From a virus, in IMG/VR virus record IMGVR_UViG_3300005836_000049, positions 4,734 to 68,733 of that record: a stretch of DNA of 64,000 nt; one strand, given 5' to 3'. Both the position numbers and the translations under genes were made by a program. Positions within the stretch are counted from its first letter, which is position 1. Each line of letters starts with the position of its first letter. The notes beneath the pieces were generated by a model. That model saw nothing but the letters and a program-made list of their open reading frames with translations, did not search any database and had not been told where the DNA came from. Shown here piece after piece: positions 46,182-56,452 of the stretch.

Positions 46182-46606
46182 CACTCTCCATCCCCAACTC
46201 CCAGGCCATCATCGCCTGCGACGCCTTCGTCGACGCTTGTGACCTCGGGTCAGGCGTCCCCCAGGCCATCCTCGTCATCTACTCCGGCACACCTCCGGCT
46301 CTCGTGGACTCAGCCCTCTCGGGCAACACGGTCCTCGCGCAGCTGAACATGAGCAATCCGGCCTTCGGCGCCGCTGTGGACATAAACCCCGGTGCGCGTG
46401 CGACAGCCTCCGCCATCTCGGACGACACGGCTGCCGATGCCACGGGCACGGCCACCTTCTTCCGCATCTTCGATCGCGACAGCGTTCCGCGCATCCAGGG
46501 AACGGTCGGGACCAGCGGCACGGAGTTGGTCATGAACAGCGTGGCCATCCAGGTCGGCGCGGCAGTGGTCATCACGAGCCTCACGGTCACGATGCCCGAA
46601 GGCTAG
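46178..46606 (+). CDS. Structural-like beta-rich protein
   Basis: 142 aa, ATGA overlap. Confidence 0.4.
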   Translation: MTLSIPNSQAIIACDAFVDACDLGSGVPQAILVIYSGTPPALVDSALSGNTVLAQLNMSNPAFGAAVDINPGARATASAISDDTAADATGTATFFRIFDRDSVPRIQGTVGTSGTELVMNSVAIQVGAAVVITSLTVTMPEG

Positions 46607-46607
46607 G

Positions 46608-47834
46608 ATGAGTCTCCTCTCTCGATTGGTCGACCCCTCTCCCGGGGAGGTCAAGCTGGCAGTGCACCAGTTCATGGCTGCGCTGGCGGAGTTGAAGCGT
46701 GGCGCCCCAGGGGTCACCGTCGCCTCGATCGTCACAGCCTTCGATCTCTCAGCCGGGGAGCAGACGGAGTTGGAGGGGCTCGTCAACAGCGCCTACCTCG
46801 ACAAGATCGACGGGGTGATGCTCCACGACGTTCTTCTGTTGGGCGAAGGGGGCCAGTACGACCTCGCGGCTGTTCAGGCTCGGATTGTGGATCCTCCCCT
46901 GGTGCTCGACTTCTGGCCCCTCATCACGCAGCGAGCCTTCGAGGTGGTTGCTCGGGGGATCAATGGCTCCAACGTCCTCGCTGGTTGCGCGGTCACAGCC
47001 CAGGGCTCACCCAACATGACCCTCGCGGTCGCCAAGGGTGCGGTCATCACAGGGAACACGCTCCGCGCGGTCACGGCGGGCAACGTCACCTTCAGCGCGG
47101 CGCACGCGACTCTCCCGAGGATCGACCTCTTGGTGATTGCCTCCAATGGGACCAAGACCGCTCGTGCAGGTACTCCCTCCACGAAGCCTCTCCCGGCTGC
47201 ACTCACAGTCGGTGACGTGTGCTTGGCCTTCGTCTACATCCCTCCGGCCGACACCGCCATCACAGCCGATCAGTTCCTGGACACCCGCATGTTCACCAGC
47301 GGGCCAGTCTGCCTCGGGAAGGTCACCACGGCAGTAGTTCGGAACAATTCGAACGCGGCTCAGGCCTTCATCACTCTCACGATCCCCAACGGGCTGTTCC
47401 TCGCGGGACGCTTGATCCGCGTCTCGATGGGTGGCAACATGCTCCTCAATTCGGGGACTCCGACTGTGACGATGGCCATCTCCTACGGCGGGACGACGAT
47501 GTTCCAGGACGTCACGACCTCCGCGACGGCGGACACGGATCGCCTCGCCTGGAGCCTCGACTTCACGCTGGCAGCCCAGGCGGACAACGACCAGTCTCTG
47601 AACGGAGTCCTCAGCAGAGGGCCGGTCTCCGCCAAAACGGCTCCGGCCTCTGGGATCGGGGAAATGCTGTTGCCTGCGGCGGTTGCCAACATCCAAGTCT
47701 CCGCTCCCTTCAATGGTGCTGCTGCCGTGGACTCGAACAGTGCTGACCGAGACCTCGTGGTGAGCTTCACCATGAGTGTTGCCAACGCAGCCAATGAGGT
47801 GGTCATGGAGTACGCCACCGCCGAGCTCATCTGA
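46608..47834 (+). CDS. Structural-like beta-rich protein (fibre/decoration candidate)
   Basis: 408 aa, T/S/A/G/V-rich, similar composition to 81-1367. Confidence 0.45.
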   Translation: MSLLSRLVDPSPGEVKLAVHQFMAALAELKRGAPGVTVASIVTAFDLSAGEQTELEGLVNSAYLDKIDGVMLHDVLLLGEGGQYDLAAVQARIVDPPLVLDFWPLITQRAFEVVARGINGSNVLAGCAVTAQGSPNMTLAVAKGAVITGNTLRAVTAGNVTFSAAHATLPRIDLLVIASNGTKTARAGTPSTKPLPAALTVGDVCLAFVYIPPADTAITADQFLDTRMFTSGPVCLGKVTTAVVRNNSNAAQAFITLTIPNGLFLAGRLIRVSMGGNMLLNSGTPTVTMAISYGGTTMFQDVTTSATADTDRLAWSLDFTLAAQADNDQSLNGVLSRGPVSAKTAPASGIGEMLLPAAVANIQVSAPFNGAAAVDSNSADRDLVVSFTMSVANAANEVVMEYATAELI

Positions 47835-47851
47835 ACCTGTAGGAATCCAAC

Positions 47852-48685
47852 ATGGCAATCACAACGGTTGACGGAATCGTCGCGGGTCTCCTGGCCTCGC
47901 GCACCTTCCAGAAGGCTGCGTTCACGGGCGAGGCGGCTGGCCACTGGGCAAGCCTGAAGGGGCTGGCCGGGATTCCGGGGGCGATCACTCTGGGATCGCC
48001 AGGCTTGAACGGTGCTTCGGTCTCCGCAAACGACCTCGGGGGCAACATCTCCTTCGTCAACCCCTCGACTGGGAACAGCTACCTCGCACGGTTGGCGTTC
48101 ATGGCCGGGGCGAACGTGGTTGGCTTCAAGCTGTACGACCTCCTCTGGTACAACACGGGCATCGGCATCACGACCACGACGAGCCAGTCCATCACCTTCT
48201 CGGGTCTACCCTCGCGCTGCGTTCCGGCATCGGGAAGCACGCCTGACGCCAACGGCGGCGGAGTCGAGGCATGGCTCTGGGCTTCGGCCGCGACCGGGAA
48301 CGGCGGCGCCATCACCAACACGACGTTCGGCTACACGAACCAGGCTGGCACGGCAAGCCGGTCGGCTGGTCTGGTCTACGACTGGCCTGCCACGGCAGCG
48401 ATCGGGACCATGGTGCCCTTCGCGCTCCAGGCGGGCGACTTCGGCGTGCGCAGCATCCAGAGCATCACGCTCGGGACGAGCTACGTGAGCGGCACGGTGA
48501 ACATCATCTGCGTCCGATCGCTCGGCGAGATTCTCCTGCCCGTCGCTTCCTCGGGCATCGGCCTCGACTGGGCAGGGATCGGCCTCCCGCGCGTGTTCGA
48601 CAGCAGCGCCTTGTACGGCGCCGTGATGCTCTCAGGAACCGCAGCCGGTAGCGTGGCTGGTGCGCTCAACCTGACGCAGGGTTGA
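47852..48685 (+). CDS. Structural-like beta-rich protein
   Basis: 277 aa, Gly/Ser/Thr-rich. Confidence 0.45.
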   Translation: MAITTVDGIVAGLLASRTFQKAAFTGEAAGHWASLKGLAGIPGAITLGSPGLNGASVSANDLGGNISFVNPSTGNSYLARLAFMAGANVVGFKLYDLLWYNTGIGITTTTSQSITFSGLPSRCVPASGSTPDANGGGVEAWLWASAATGNGGAITNTTFGYTNQAGTASRSAGLVYDWPATAAIGTMVPFALQAGDFGVRSIQSITLGTSYVSGTVNIICVRSLGEILLPVASSGIGLDWAGIGLPRVFDSSALYGAVMLSGTAAGSVAGALNLTQG

Positions 48686-50877
48686 CCATGAGGAGAGGAA
48701 TCGGTGCCTCTCCGCTCGCAACCTACTCAGCTGGTCTGATCAGCCGGAACTCCCAGGCATCTGGCTTGGGCAACCGAGTCTGGGTCGAGTCCTTCAACCG
48801 GGACAGTCCGTTCAGCACCGACTCTCCGCAGGTCGCGTCTGACTTCTTCTTCGATCAGATGCCGGAGGTGGCGGCAGCCGCTGGCTGGCGTGTCGTCCAC
48901 GGTGTTGCGATTGCAGGCGAGCTGGAGCAGGACTTCACGGTCCCCGGCATTGGCACTCCCCTCGCTGCGATAGTCATTGCGACGGCCTCGACTAGTACAA
49001 CCGGCACGCCTGCCTCGGGAAAGTACATCTCGATTGGTCTCGCAATCAGCGGGTATCAGGGTGGAATCGCGGGTTACAGCAGAGACAACACAGCCCGATG
49101 CGACTCTGCCAACATCGGGTTCCAGGGCGAGATCGTTCACCTACTGAAGACAGCCACGACTCTTCATATGGCGGGAGATGTCTCGTTCATCCCGGACGGC
49201 ATCATCATCTCCTGGAGCACTATTCCGATAGTGAATCACACCGTGGATGTGATTCTCTTCTACGGGCCGGATCTTCAAGTTGCGGCGGGTCACGTCACTC
49301 CAGCAGGCGCCGCTCTCGTCAACACCACCTTCGCTCCAGATCTGGTCTTCGCGATCAGTAGCGTAGATCCCGTGGACGACACTGTCCGCGATACGTTCGA
49401 CCTACAGACGTGGCTTGGAGTTCGAGCTGGTGGAGCCAACTATCCGTACTGGACGAGATCGCAGGACAATGACGCCACATCAATGGCGGCACTGACGACC
49501 AATCAGCTGAGTGCGATCTGCGGTGTCTGGTCGGAGGGTTCGCCCTCAGCTTCTATTCCGACTGAGTTTGTTTCGTGGGCATCGAACGGATTCAACATCA
49601 CGGGTACGGGAACTCCTCAGTTCCAGTACCTGGCGTTGAACTTCGGTGGCAAGCAGGTCTTCGCCTCGATCCTGGACACTCCGGCTGCTACAGGAAACGT
49701 GGACTATGCAGGGTCCGGCATGACCCCGGCGTTCGCAATGACGTTGATGTCGCGGATGGTGGCTTGGCCCAGCACGGTCTTCGACTCTACGGCAGGACCA
49801 TACGGCTTCTCGGCCTTCACCGCGTCCGGTGAGCAGTTCGCTATGTCTGTTGTCGAGCAAGACAACCAGGCCACGATGAACACGGCCTCGATCTCGAATG
49901 ACAAAGCCTACTACCTGACGACGGACGCTCAAGCTGCGGAGAACACGGCCAGTCTGGTCTCGTTCGCTCCCAACAAGTTCACGCTGAACTTCACGGCTCA
50001 ATCGTCAGGGAAGAAGTTCATGACGTTGCTCCTGGAGCGCGACACTCATGTCGCCTCGGGCTCGGGCAACTTCCCTCTCGCGACGGGCGCGGGAGTCGCC
50101 AAGCTCGAGTTCCGCGCGACTGGCTCCGGCAACTTCCCGCTCGCGCAAGGAGCCGGGGTAGCCGAGCTAGAGTTCCGCGCAACCGGGGCAGGGACGTTCC
50201 CGCTCGCGACTGGCGCAGCGGTTGCCGAGCTAGAATTCCGCGCGACGGGCGCGGGCACCTTCCCACTTGCTCAGGGCGCAGCGGTCGGCAGTCTCGTCTT
50301 CACCGCGACAGGCGCAGGGGATTTCCCGCTCGCGCAGGGGGCGGGAGTCGCTGAGCTCGAGTTCCGCGCGACGGGCGCAGGGGATTTCCCTCTTGCAACG
50401 GGCGCCGGAGTCGGGATCCTTGCCTTCCGTGCGACGGGCGCAGGAGACTTCCCCCTTGCCCAAGGGGCGGGAGTTGGCTTGCTCGTCTTCATCTGCACAG
50501 AGGATGGGACGTTCCCCCTTCCGACCTGCGCAGGTACTGGCAGTACGCAGGAAGTCTTCTCAGGGACAGGGTCTGGAACATTCCCGCTCGCCGAAGGATC
50601 CGGACTCGGCATCCTGCTCTTCGTGGCCACCGGGGCCGGTATGTTCCCGCTCCCCCTGGCCAGCGGATCAGCCCACACTGGGGAGTTCCTTGGGTGCGAG
50701 ACCGATCTGGATGCGTCCTTCGGCGTCAATGCAGACCTGGAAGGGTCCTCCAAGGCGATCGCGGTCCTAGAGGGTTCGTACACTGTGGTTTCTCAGCTGG
50801 ACGCCACATACAGGCTTGACGCGGACCTGGAAGCAAGGTACGATCTCGGGACCGACTTTGACGGAAGCGAGTGTTGA
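48682..50877 (+). CDS. Large repeat-containing structural protein (~10 tandem 20-aa repeats, G-x-G-x-F-P-L-A-x-G-A-G-V-A-E-L-E-F-R-A-T)
   Basis: 731 aa. Repeat block is encoded by 60-bp tandem repeats. Confidence 0.55.
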   Translation: MTMRRGIGASPLATYSAGLISRNSQASGLGNRVWVESFNRDSPFSTDSPQVASDFFFDQMPEVAAAAGWRVVHGVAIAGELEQDFTVPGIGTPLAAIVIATASTSTTGTPASGKYISIGLAISGYQGGIAGYSRDNTARCDSANIGFQGEIVHLLKTATTLHMAGDVSFIPDGIIISWSTIPIVNHTVDVILFYGPDLQVAAGHVTPAGAALVNTTFAPDLVFAISSVDPVDDTVRDTFDLQTWLGVRAGGANYPYWTRSQDNDATSMAALTTNQLSAICGVWSEGSPSASIPTEFVSWASNGFNITGTGTPQFQYLALNFGGKQVFASILDTPAATGNVDYAGSGMTPAFAMTLMSRMVAWPSTVFDSTAGPYGFSAFTASGEQFAMSVVEQDNQATMNTASISNDKAYYLTTDAQAAENTASLVSFAPNKFTLNFTAQSSGKKFMTLLLERDTHVASGSGNFPLATGAGVAKLEFRATGSGNFPLAQGAGVAELEFRATGAGTFPLATGAAVAELEFRATGAGTFPLAQGAAVGSLVFTATGAGDFPLAQGAGVAELEFRATGAGDFPLATGAGVGILAFRATGAGDFPLAQGAGVGLLVFICTEDGTFPLPTCAGTGSTQEVFSGTGSGTFPLAEGSGLGILLFVATGAGMFPLPLASGSAHTGEFLGCETDLDASFGVNADLEGSSKAIAVLEGSYTVVSQLDATYRLDADLEARYDLGTDFDGSEC
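50050..50700 (+). repeat. Tandem 60-bp coding repeats (~10-11 copies)
   Basis: Units such as ggcaacttccc(g/t)ctcgcg...ggagtcgccgagctcgagttccgcgcgacgggcgc recur with small variations. Confidence 0.7.
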
Positions 50878-51272
50878 TGGCAGTCGAAAACCAAACAGAC
50901 GAGATGTTCGCCAACAACCGTCACGTGATGCGTTGGGCGGGGATTCTGGATGGTGACGGACCGGCAATCCTGGACCTCACAGGCCGAATCGTCAAGTTCA
51001 GCCTCACACGCATCGGACCGACCGGGTCGCCTCTGTTGACACCGACTCTCGACTTCGCTTCGGATGACGTCAGCCCTCGAGTGACCATCCCGAATCCGGT
51101 CACAGGCAATCAACACGTGGTGGTCGAACTTCTACCGGCTGACACAGCGTCCCTCGCTCCTATCACCACAACGTACTACTGCGAACTGGAAGTGTTCGAG
51201 GCGGGCAACCTGCTTCCCGTGGTCGTGGCGACCGTCCTCTTGACCATCAAGCCCAACGTGGTGAATGCCTGA
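50877..51272 (+). CDS. Hypothetical structural protein
   Basis: 131 aa, ATGA overlap. Confidence 0.4.
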   Translation: MAVENQTDEMFANNRHVMRWAGILDGDGPAILDLTGRIVKFSLTRIGPTGSPLLTPTLDFASDDVSPRVTIPNPVTGNQHVVVELLPADTASLAPITTTYYCELEVFEAGNLLPVVVATVLLTIKPNVVNA

Positions 51273-51832
51273 TGCCCAGCGCACTCGTAGTCGGAACGAA
51301 CACCTACGTGTCGCTGGCTGACGCCACGACCTACCTGGACGACTCGATCAACTCGACCGCCTGGGCCTTCCTCGATCCGGACTCGCAGACACGCGCGCTC
51401 ATCTCGAGCTTCCGCATCCTGGAGAAGCAGCGGTGGCAAGGATCGAAGACGGATCCTCTGCAAACTGCCGAGTGGCCTCGCACCGGAGTCGTGGACTGCG
51501 AGGGAACTGCAGTGGATTCCGCGGTAGTTCCCGACGACATCGTCTCCGCGCAGATCGAGTTGGCGTACTACCTGAGCCAGAACCCGACCTTCGAGGCGGA
51601 TGGCACAACGGGCAGCAACATCCGCTCGCTCCACGCGGGCGCCGCGAGCATCGACTACTTCTCCCCGAACGACTTGACCTCGGGCAACGCGGCGTCGCGC
51701 TTCCCGGCGAACATCCAAGAACTCATCCGCTGCTTCGTGGGCGGGAGTTCTACCGGCGGCGCGACCGCCTTCGGCACCAGCTGTCCGGAGACGTTCGACA
51801 CGGACGGCTACGACCGGACCCTGCCCTTCTGA
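51272..51832 (+). CDS. Hypothetical structural protein
   Basis: 186 aa. Confidence 0.4.
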   Translation: MPSALVVGTNTYVSLADATTYLDDSINSTAWAFLDPDSQTRALISSFRILEKQRWQGSKTDPLQTAEWPRTGVVDCEGTAVDSAVVPDDIVSAQIELAYYLSQNPTFEADGTTGSNIRSLHAGAASIDYFSPNDLTSGNAASRFPANIQELIRCFVGGSSTGGATAFGTSCPETFDTDGYDRTLPF

Positions 51833-51835
51833 CCC

Positions 51836-52213
51836 ATGGGCAACAACCTCTTCAACGCCGACATCGCAGGGAAGCTCGCCAAGGCGCTCGGGCCGAAGCT
51901 CCTGCCGTTCGTGCTGCGCAAAGTGACTCCAGGAACCCGTTCCACATCAGATCCGAGCGCGGGAACCAATCCCACGACTCGAAACTACCCTTGTCGGGGC
52001 ATTCTGGAATCCTACCGTGACTCTCAGTTCGACGGCACCATCATCCAACGCGGCGACAGGAAAGCTCTCCTCTTGGGGGGCACCTTGCCGACGGGAACCT
52101 TCCCGACTTCAGGTGATGTCGTCGTGGCTGAGGGTTCCGAGTTCAAGGTGGTCGCGGTCGACCGCGATCCGGACGCCGCAACGTACAGTTGCCAAATCAG
52201 AGGAGCATCATGA
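51836..52213 (+). CDS. Hypothetical protein
   Basis: 125 aa. Confidence 0.35.
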   Translation: MGNNLFNADIAGKLAKALGPKLLPFVLRKVTPGTRSTSDPSAGTNPTTRNYPCRGILESYRDSQFDGTIIQRGDRKALLLGGTLPTGTFPTSGDVVVAEGSEFKVVAVDRDPDAATYSCQIRGAS

Positions 52214-52452
52214 ACACGAAGAGAATGAATCAGCCCTTCACCCACGCGGCAGCGGTCACTCGCAGTGACAGCGTGGACCTGCCCAGCCCCTGCCGAGCGC
52301 TCTACATCGGGGCGAGCGGCACCTTGCGGGTGAACATCGGCGGAGTCACCGTCGATTTCGCGGCAGTGACCGCCGGTGATATCATCCCGATGGTCGTGTC
52401 GCGAGTCCACTTGACCGGAACCAGCGCCACAGGAATCGTCGCCCTCAACTGA
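52210..52452 (+). CDS. Small hypothetical protein
   Basis: 80 aa, ATGA overlap. Confidence 0.35.
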   Translation: MNTKRMNQPFTHAAAVTRSDSVDLPSPCRALYIGASGTLRVNIGGVTVDFAAVTAGDIIPMVVSRVHLTGTSATGIVALN

Positions 52453-53450
52453 TGCCGTCCTTCAACGACCCCGCGAGCCGCCTGAACGAACTGGTGGCGA
52501 AGATGGAACCGCGCTTCCGCAAGCGGTTCCTCGAGGTCGTTGCGTCAATCAAGTCTCAGATGGACTTGGAGAGCATCGCGCGGTTGCTCCAGAACGGCCA
52601 GATTGAGGAAGCACTGGTCACAGCCGAAGTTGCGGCGCTGCGCGTGTCCGGAGTGTTCAACCAGGGGTTCATCCTCGCCGGCGACGACACGGCGAAGTAC
52701 CTGTCACAGGCACTCGACGTCATCGTGGACTTCAACCACCTCAACGAGAGTGCGCTCGACGTCATGACTCGCAACCAGTTGCGACTGGTGACCGGCTTCA
52801 TGGACGAGCAGCGCAAGGCGACGCACGAGGCACTCGTGGACGGAGTGCGGCGCGGTCTCAACCCGATCGAGCAGGCTCGCAATTTCCGCGAGTCTATCGG
52901 CCTGACCGAGTACCAGCAGCAGATCGTGAACAACTACCGGCGCCAGCTGAACACGCTTGACCGGGGTCTCTTCGATCGCGAACTGCGCGATCGCCGGTTC
53001 GACTCCACCGTTCTTCGCGCCATCGAGGAGAACCGCAACCTCTCTCAGGTCGAGATCGAGCGCATGGTCCAACGCTACACCGAGCGCTGGATCAAGTACC
53101 GCAGCGAGGTCATCGCGCGCACGGAGTCTCTCTCCTCGGTCCACGCTGGGAGCAACGAGTCGTACAAGCAGGCCATCGCATCGGGAGACCTCGACGCGGA
53201 GGACCTGGTTCAGGAATGGGTGACCTCCGGGTTGCCCACAGTGCGCGATTCGCACCTCTCGATGGAAGGCCAACAGCGCGGGATCGGTGAGATGTTCGTC
53301 TCCGGCCTGGGCAACGAGTTGGAGTTCCCGGGCGACACGCGCGCGCCCATCGAAGACACGGCACAGTGCGCCTGTACAGTCACTGTCCGCTACACGGCAT
53401 CAGCGAAGGCGAAAGCCAAGCAAGATCTCATCACCATCAACAACCCGTAG
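52452..53450 (+). CDS. Head morphogenesis protein (Mu F / SPP1 gp7 family)
   Basis: 332 aa. Conserved-type segment EVIARTESLSSVHAGS and C-terminal Cys pair. Position between portal and scaffold-region genes. Confidence 0.5.
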   Translation: MPSFNDPASRLNELVAKMEPRFRKRFLEVVASIKSQMDLESIARLLQNGQIEEALVTAEVAALRVSGVFNQGFILAGDDTAKYLSQALDVIVDFNHLNESALDVMTRNQLRLVTGFMDEQRKATHEALVDGVRRGLNPIEQARNFRESIGLTEYQQQIVNNYRRQLNTLDRGLFDRELRDRRFDSTVLRAIEENRNLSQVEIERMVQRYTERWIKYRSEVIARTESLSSVHAGSNESYKQAIASGDLDAEDLVQEWVTSGLPTVRDSHLSMEGQQRGIGEMFVSGLGNELEFPGDTRAPIEDTAQCACTVTVRYTASAKAKAKQDLITINNP

Positions 53451-53458
53451 GAGAAACC

Positions 53459-54007
53459 ATGGTTCACAAGTCCAAGACCCCGACCCTTCTTCCCAATGCC
53501 AAGGTGGACAATGCTCTCCTGGGCGCTGGTCGTCACCTCACCCCCAACTCGGCCTCCGGCATCCTGGCGTCTCAGAAGGCGCTGCTGCCGCGCAAGGCCG
53601 TCTTCAAGATCGACACCACGATCACCGTCACAGCGGCGCTGGACTACGGTTCGGTCAAGCTGTGTGACCTGCCGACCGGAACGAGCCTCATCCTCGGCGC
53701 CCGTTGCAACGGTGTCGTGACCGGCACCGGCACCGGCTTCGTCCCGGAGAACGTCGACGTTGCCGTGGGCACGGCGGCTGCCTCCAACGTGGCTCTCACG
53801 AGCACGATGGCGAACGTCCTGTCCCAGCTGAACGGAACGGCGGTCACTGGCGTGGTCCAGGGCGCCAACTCGGCGGCTCTGGAAGTCGAGGGCACCACCC
53901 CCGACCTGTTCCTGAACGCCTCCGTGGCCCTCTCGACCGACGGCACGGTGCGCTTCGTGGGCACCATCGAGGTCATGTACCTGGACCTGGGCGACCCGAC
54001 CGCCTGA
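53459..54007 (+). CDS. Hypothetical structural protein
   Basis: 182 aa, beta-rich. Confidence 0.4.
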   Translation: MVHKSKTPTLLPNAKVDNALLGAGRHLTPNSASGILASQKALLPRKAVFKIDTTITVTAALDYGSVKLCDLPTGTSLILGARCNGVVTGTGTGFVPENVDVAVGTAAASNVALTSTMANVLSQLNGTAVTGVVQGANSAALEVEGTTPDLFLNASVALSTDGTVRFVGTIEVMYLDLGDPTA

Positions 54008-54125
54008 TCCTCTGGGGCTCCCGGGGTGAGCCAACTTGCTCACCCCGGGTGGCCACTATTCTTCGAGACACAGAACAACCCCTTGACGCGCGCACTCAGA
54101 ACCAGTATCGTGGGGACCTGAACGC

Positions 54126-54524
54126 ATGAGCGAGGTCCGCACCAACATCAACATCACCAAGGTCGATGCCTCACTTGGCCTCGTCTTGGGATGGGCTGTC
54201 ATCTCGAAGATGGACGGCAACGACTACTTCGATCTGCAGGGTGACCACATCCCTGAGGACGTCATGCTCAAGGCAGCGACGGACTTCATGGCGAACTCGC
54301 GCTCGGCGAAGGCAATGCACGCGGGTCCGGATCGCGGCAGCATCCTGTTCGCCTTCCCGATGACAACCGAGATCGCGAAAGCCTTCGGCATCGACACGCA
54401 CGGCAAGACTGGCCTGATGGTCGCAGCGAAGTTCGATGCTGACGTGCTCGCGAAGTTCCAGGACGGCAGCTACACCGGGTTCAGCATCGGCGGCTTCTAC
54501 GGCGAGTTCGAGGAGGTCGGCTGA
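54126..54524 (+). CDS. XkdF-like putative prohead protease/scaffold-associated protein
   Basis: DYFDLQGDHIPEDVMLKAATDFMANSR resembles the XkdF (S78-like) N-terminal signature. Confidence 0.45.
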   Translation: MSEVRTNINITKVDASLGLVLGWAVISKMDGNDYFDLQGDHIPEDVMLKAATDFMANSRSAKAMHAGPDRGSILFAFPMTTEIAKAFGIDTHGKTGLMVAAKFDADVLAKFQDGSYTGFSIGGFYGEFEEVG

Positions 54525-56020
54525 TGGCAAGACGCAAGAACCGGATCCTCCGCTCGCTCACGATCAACGAGATCAGCGGGGTCGACAAGGCAGCCCAAGT
54601 CCCGGCGGAGGCGCTGCTGATGAAGCGCGACGACGTCGAGAAGTTCAACCCCAACCACGACGAGAAGGGTCTCTTCTCCTCGGGCGGGAGTGGTGGAGGC
54701 AAGAGCAGCAACGCCAGCCTCGGCCGCATGCACAACGAGGCAAACCGGAACGCTGCGCGCATCGCAGACCTCACGGGCAAGCCCAAGGGGGAGCATCAGC
54801 GCGAGATCGGTCAGCTGCAGCAGCGCAATCGCGAGCTCAAGACCCTCATCGAGCACGAGCGCTCGAAGGGCGCCGGTCAGGTTGTCCACGTCGCCTCCTA
54901 CGGTCGGAAAGGAAGCGGTGATGGGTTCCGTCGAGAGTTCTCGACCTCGGGCGCGCGCGACAATCACTCTCGCAGAGTGGCCGCGCATCCGGACTATCAG
55001 CCCAACACGCTGTCGCACACTTCGTACACCAAGAACGAAGGCGACGAGGCGATCAACAAGATGTTCGTCGATCTCGAGAAGAACATGTTCGGCAGCGACG
55101 TGGATGATATGGCGCGCCCCATCATGACGACGGAAAACGAAGGCCACCAGCATGTCTTCGATGACGCTGGGCTGGCCGGTGAAACAACCTGCGCGATGTC
55201 GCCAGGTGAGCAGTACGGGCACATGCACTCGTGGGTGCGTGGGCTTGACAACATGGTGGTCCTCGCGGCCACCGATGGGCACACCCACGAACCCCTTTCC
55301 ACAACCAAGTCCGCCACTGGCGGTGAAGAAGATACCATGACCGAGCAGAAGAACGAAGCTGCCGCCATCGCCGAAGCGGCACAGAAGTCCCTCAACGAGA
55401 TGACCAAGCGCGCGGAGCGTGCCGAAGCCATCACCAAGCTCAACAGCGAAGAGCGTTCGCTGTTCGACACCCTGGGTGCGGACGCGGATGCGTTCCTCGC
55501 CAAGACCGTCGAAGAGCGTGCCGCGCTGGTCAAGGGGTCGAAGGACTCCAACCGCGTGGTCTTCAAGGCGCTCGACGGCACGGAGTATCGCGCAAGCGAC
55601 GACTCCCGCCTGATCGCGCTCGCCAAGAAGGCGGATGCGGACAGCAAGGCCACCGCCGAAGCGATCGCGAAGGCGGAACGCATCGGTCTCGAGAAGCGCG
55701 CGAACGAAGAGATCGCGCACATCCCGGGCACCGTCGAAGTCCGCGCGGGGATCCTCAAGGCGCTGGAAGGCGTCGCGGGCGCTCCCGAGTTCCTGAAGGC
55801 GGCGGAAGCTGCCTTGGCCAAGGCGTTCGTCTCCCAGGGCACGAGCACCGGAGCCGACCTGAGCAAGGCCGAGGACAAGCTCGAGACCATGGCCAAGGCA
55901 TACGCCGAAGCCAACAAGTGCTCGATCGAAAAGGCGCACGCGGAGGTCATGCAGACCCCCGAAGGCGCCAAGCTCTACGCCGAGATGGACGCTCAGAAGG
56001 CTCCCGCCCCGGTCGCCTGA
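54524..56020 (+). CDS. Scaffolding protein
   Basis: 498 aa. Extremely A/E/K-rich coiled coil. Immediately upstream of decoration and capsid genes. Confidence 0.55.
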   Translation: MARRKNRILRSLTINEISGVDKAAQVPAEALLMKRDDVEKFNPNHDEKGLFSSGGSGGGKSSNASLGRMHNEANRNAARIADLTGKPKGEHQREIGQLQQRNRELKTLIEHERSKGAGQVVHVASYGRKGSGDGFRREFSTSGARDNHSRRVAAHPDYQPNTLSHTSYTKNEGDEAINKMFVDLEKNMFGSDVDDMARPIMTTENEGHQHVFDDAGLAGETTCAMSPGEQYGHMHSWVRGLDNMVVLAATDGHTHEPLSTTKSATGGEEDTMTEQKNEAAAIAEAAQKSLNEMTKRAERAEAITKLNSEERSLFDTLGADADAFLAKTVEERAALVKGSKDSNRVVFKALDGTEYRASDDSRLIALAKKADADSKATAEAIAKAERIGLEKRANEEIAHIPGTVEVRAGILKALEGVAGAPEFLKAAEAALAKAFVSQGTSTGADLSKAEDKLETMAKAYAEANKCSIEKAHAEVMQTPEGAKLYAEMDAQKAPAPVA

Positions 56021-56074
56021 TCCCCAGAACCAACCCAACAACCTAGACAACAACCAAGAAGGAACACAAGACAC

Positions 56075-56452
56075 ATGGCACTCCACGAACAAGTCCGGAG
56101 CCTGAGCCTCCCCGCCAACGCGGACCTCAGCGCTTCCCAGTTCTGCTTCGTCGCGGTGAACTCCAGCGGCAACATCGCTCTCCCCTCGGCGGGCGGTGAC
56201 TGCGTGGGCGTTCTCCAGGACAAGCCCGATGCGGCTGGCCGCATGGGCGAAGTCGGCATGCTCAACATGAGCGGTCGCCTCAAGGTGATCGCGGGCGCGA
56301 CCGTCGCGCCTGGCGACAAGGTCCAGTCCGACGCCTCGGGTCACGCCATCGGTGCGCTGACCGGCGACCACGTGCTGGGCACCGTCCTCGTCGGCGCAGC
56401 TTCCGGCGAACTCTGCGAAATCGCACCCGGCAGCCGCATGCTGCTCCCGTGA
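56075..56452 (+). CDS. Head decoration protein (DUF2190/gpD-position)
   Basis: 125 aa. Gly/Ala/Val-rich. Directly upstream of the major capsid gene. Confidence 0.5.
   Translation: MALHEQVRSLSLPANADLSASQFCFVAVNSSGNIALPSAGGDCVGVLQDKPDAAGRMGEVGMLNMSGRLKVIAGATVAPGDKVQSDASGHAIGALTGDHVLGTVLVGAASGELCEIAPGSRMLLP

Noticed and set aside
50050-50700. Regular 60-bp repeat array that could be mistaken for CRISPR or intergenic satellite
   Set aside because: Repeats are contiguous with no spacers. They lie in-frame inside a 731-aa ORF and translate into a coherent 20-aa protein repeat.
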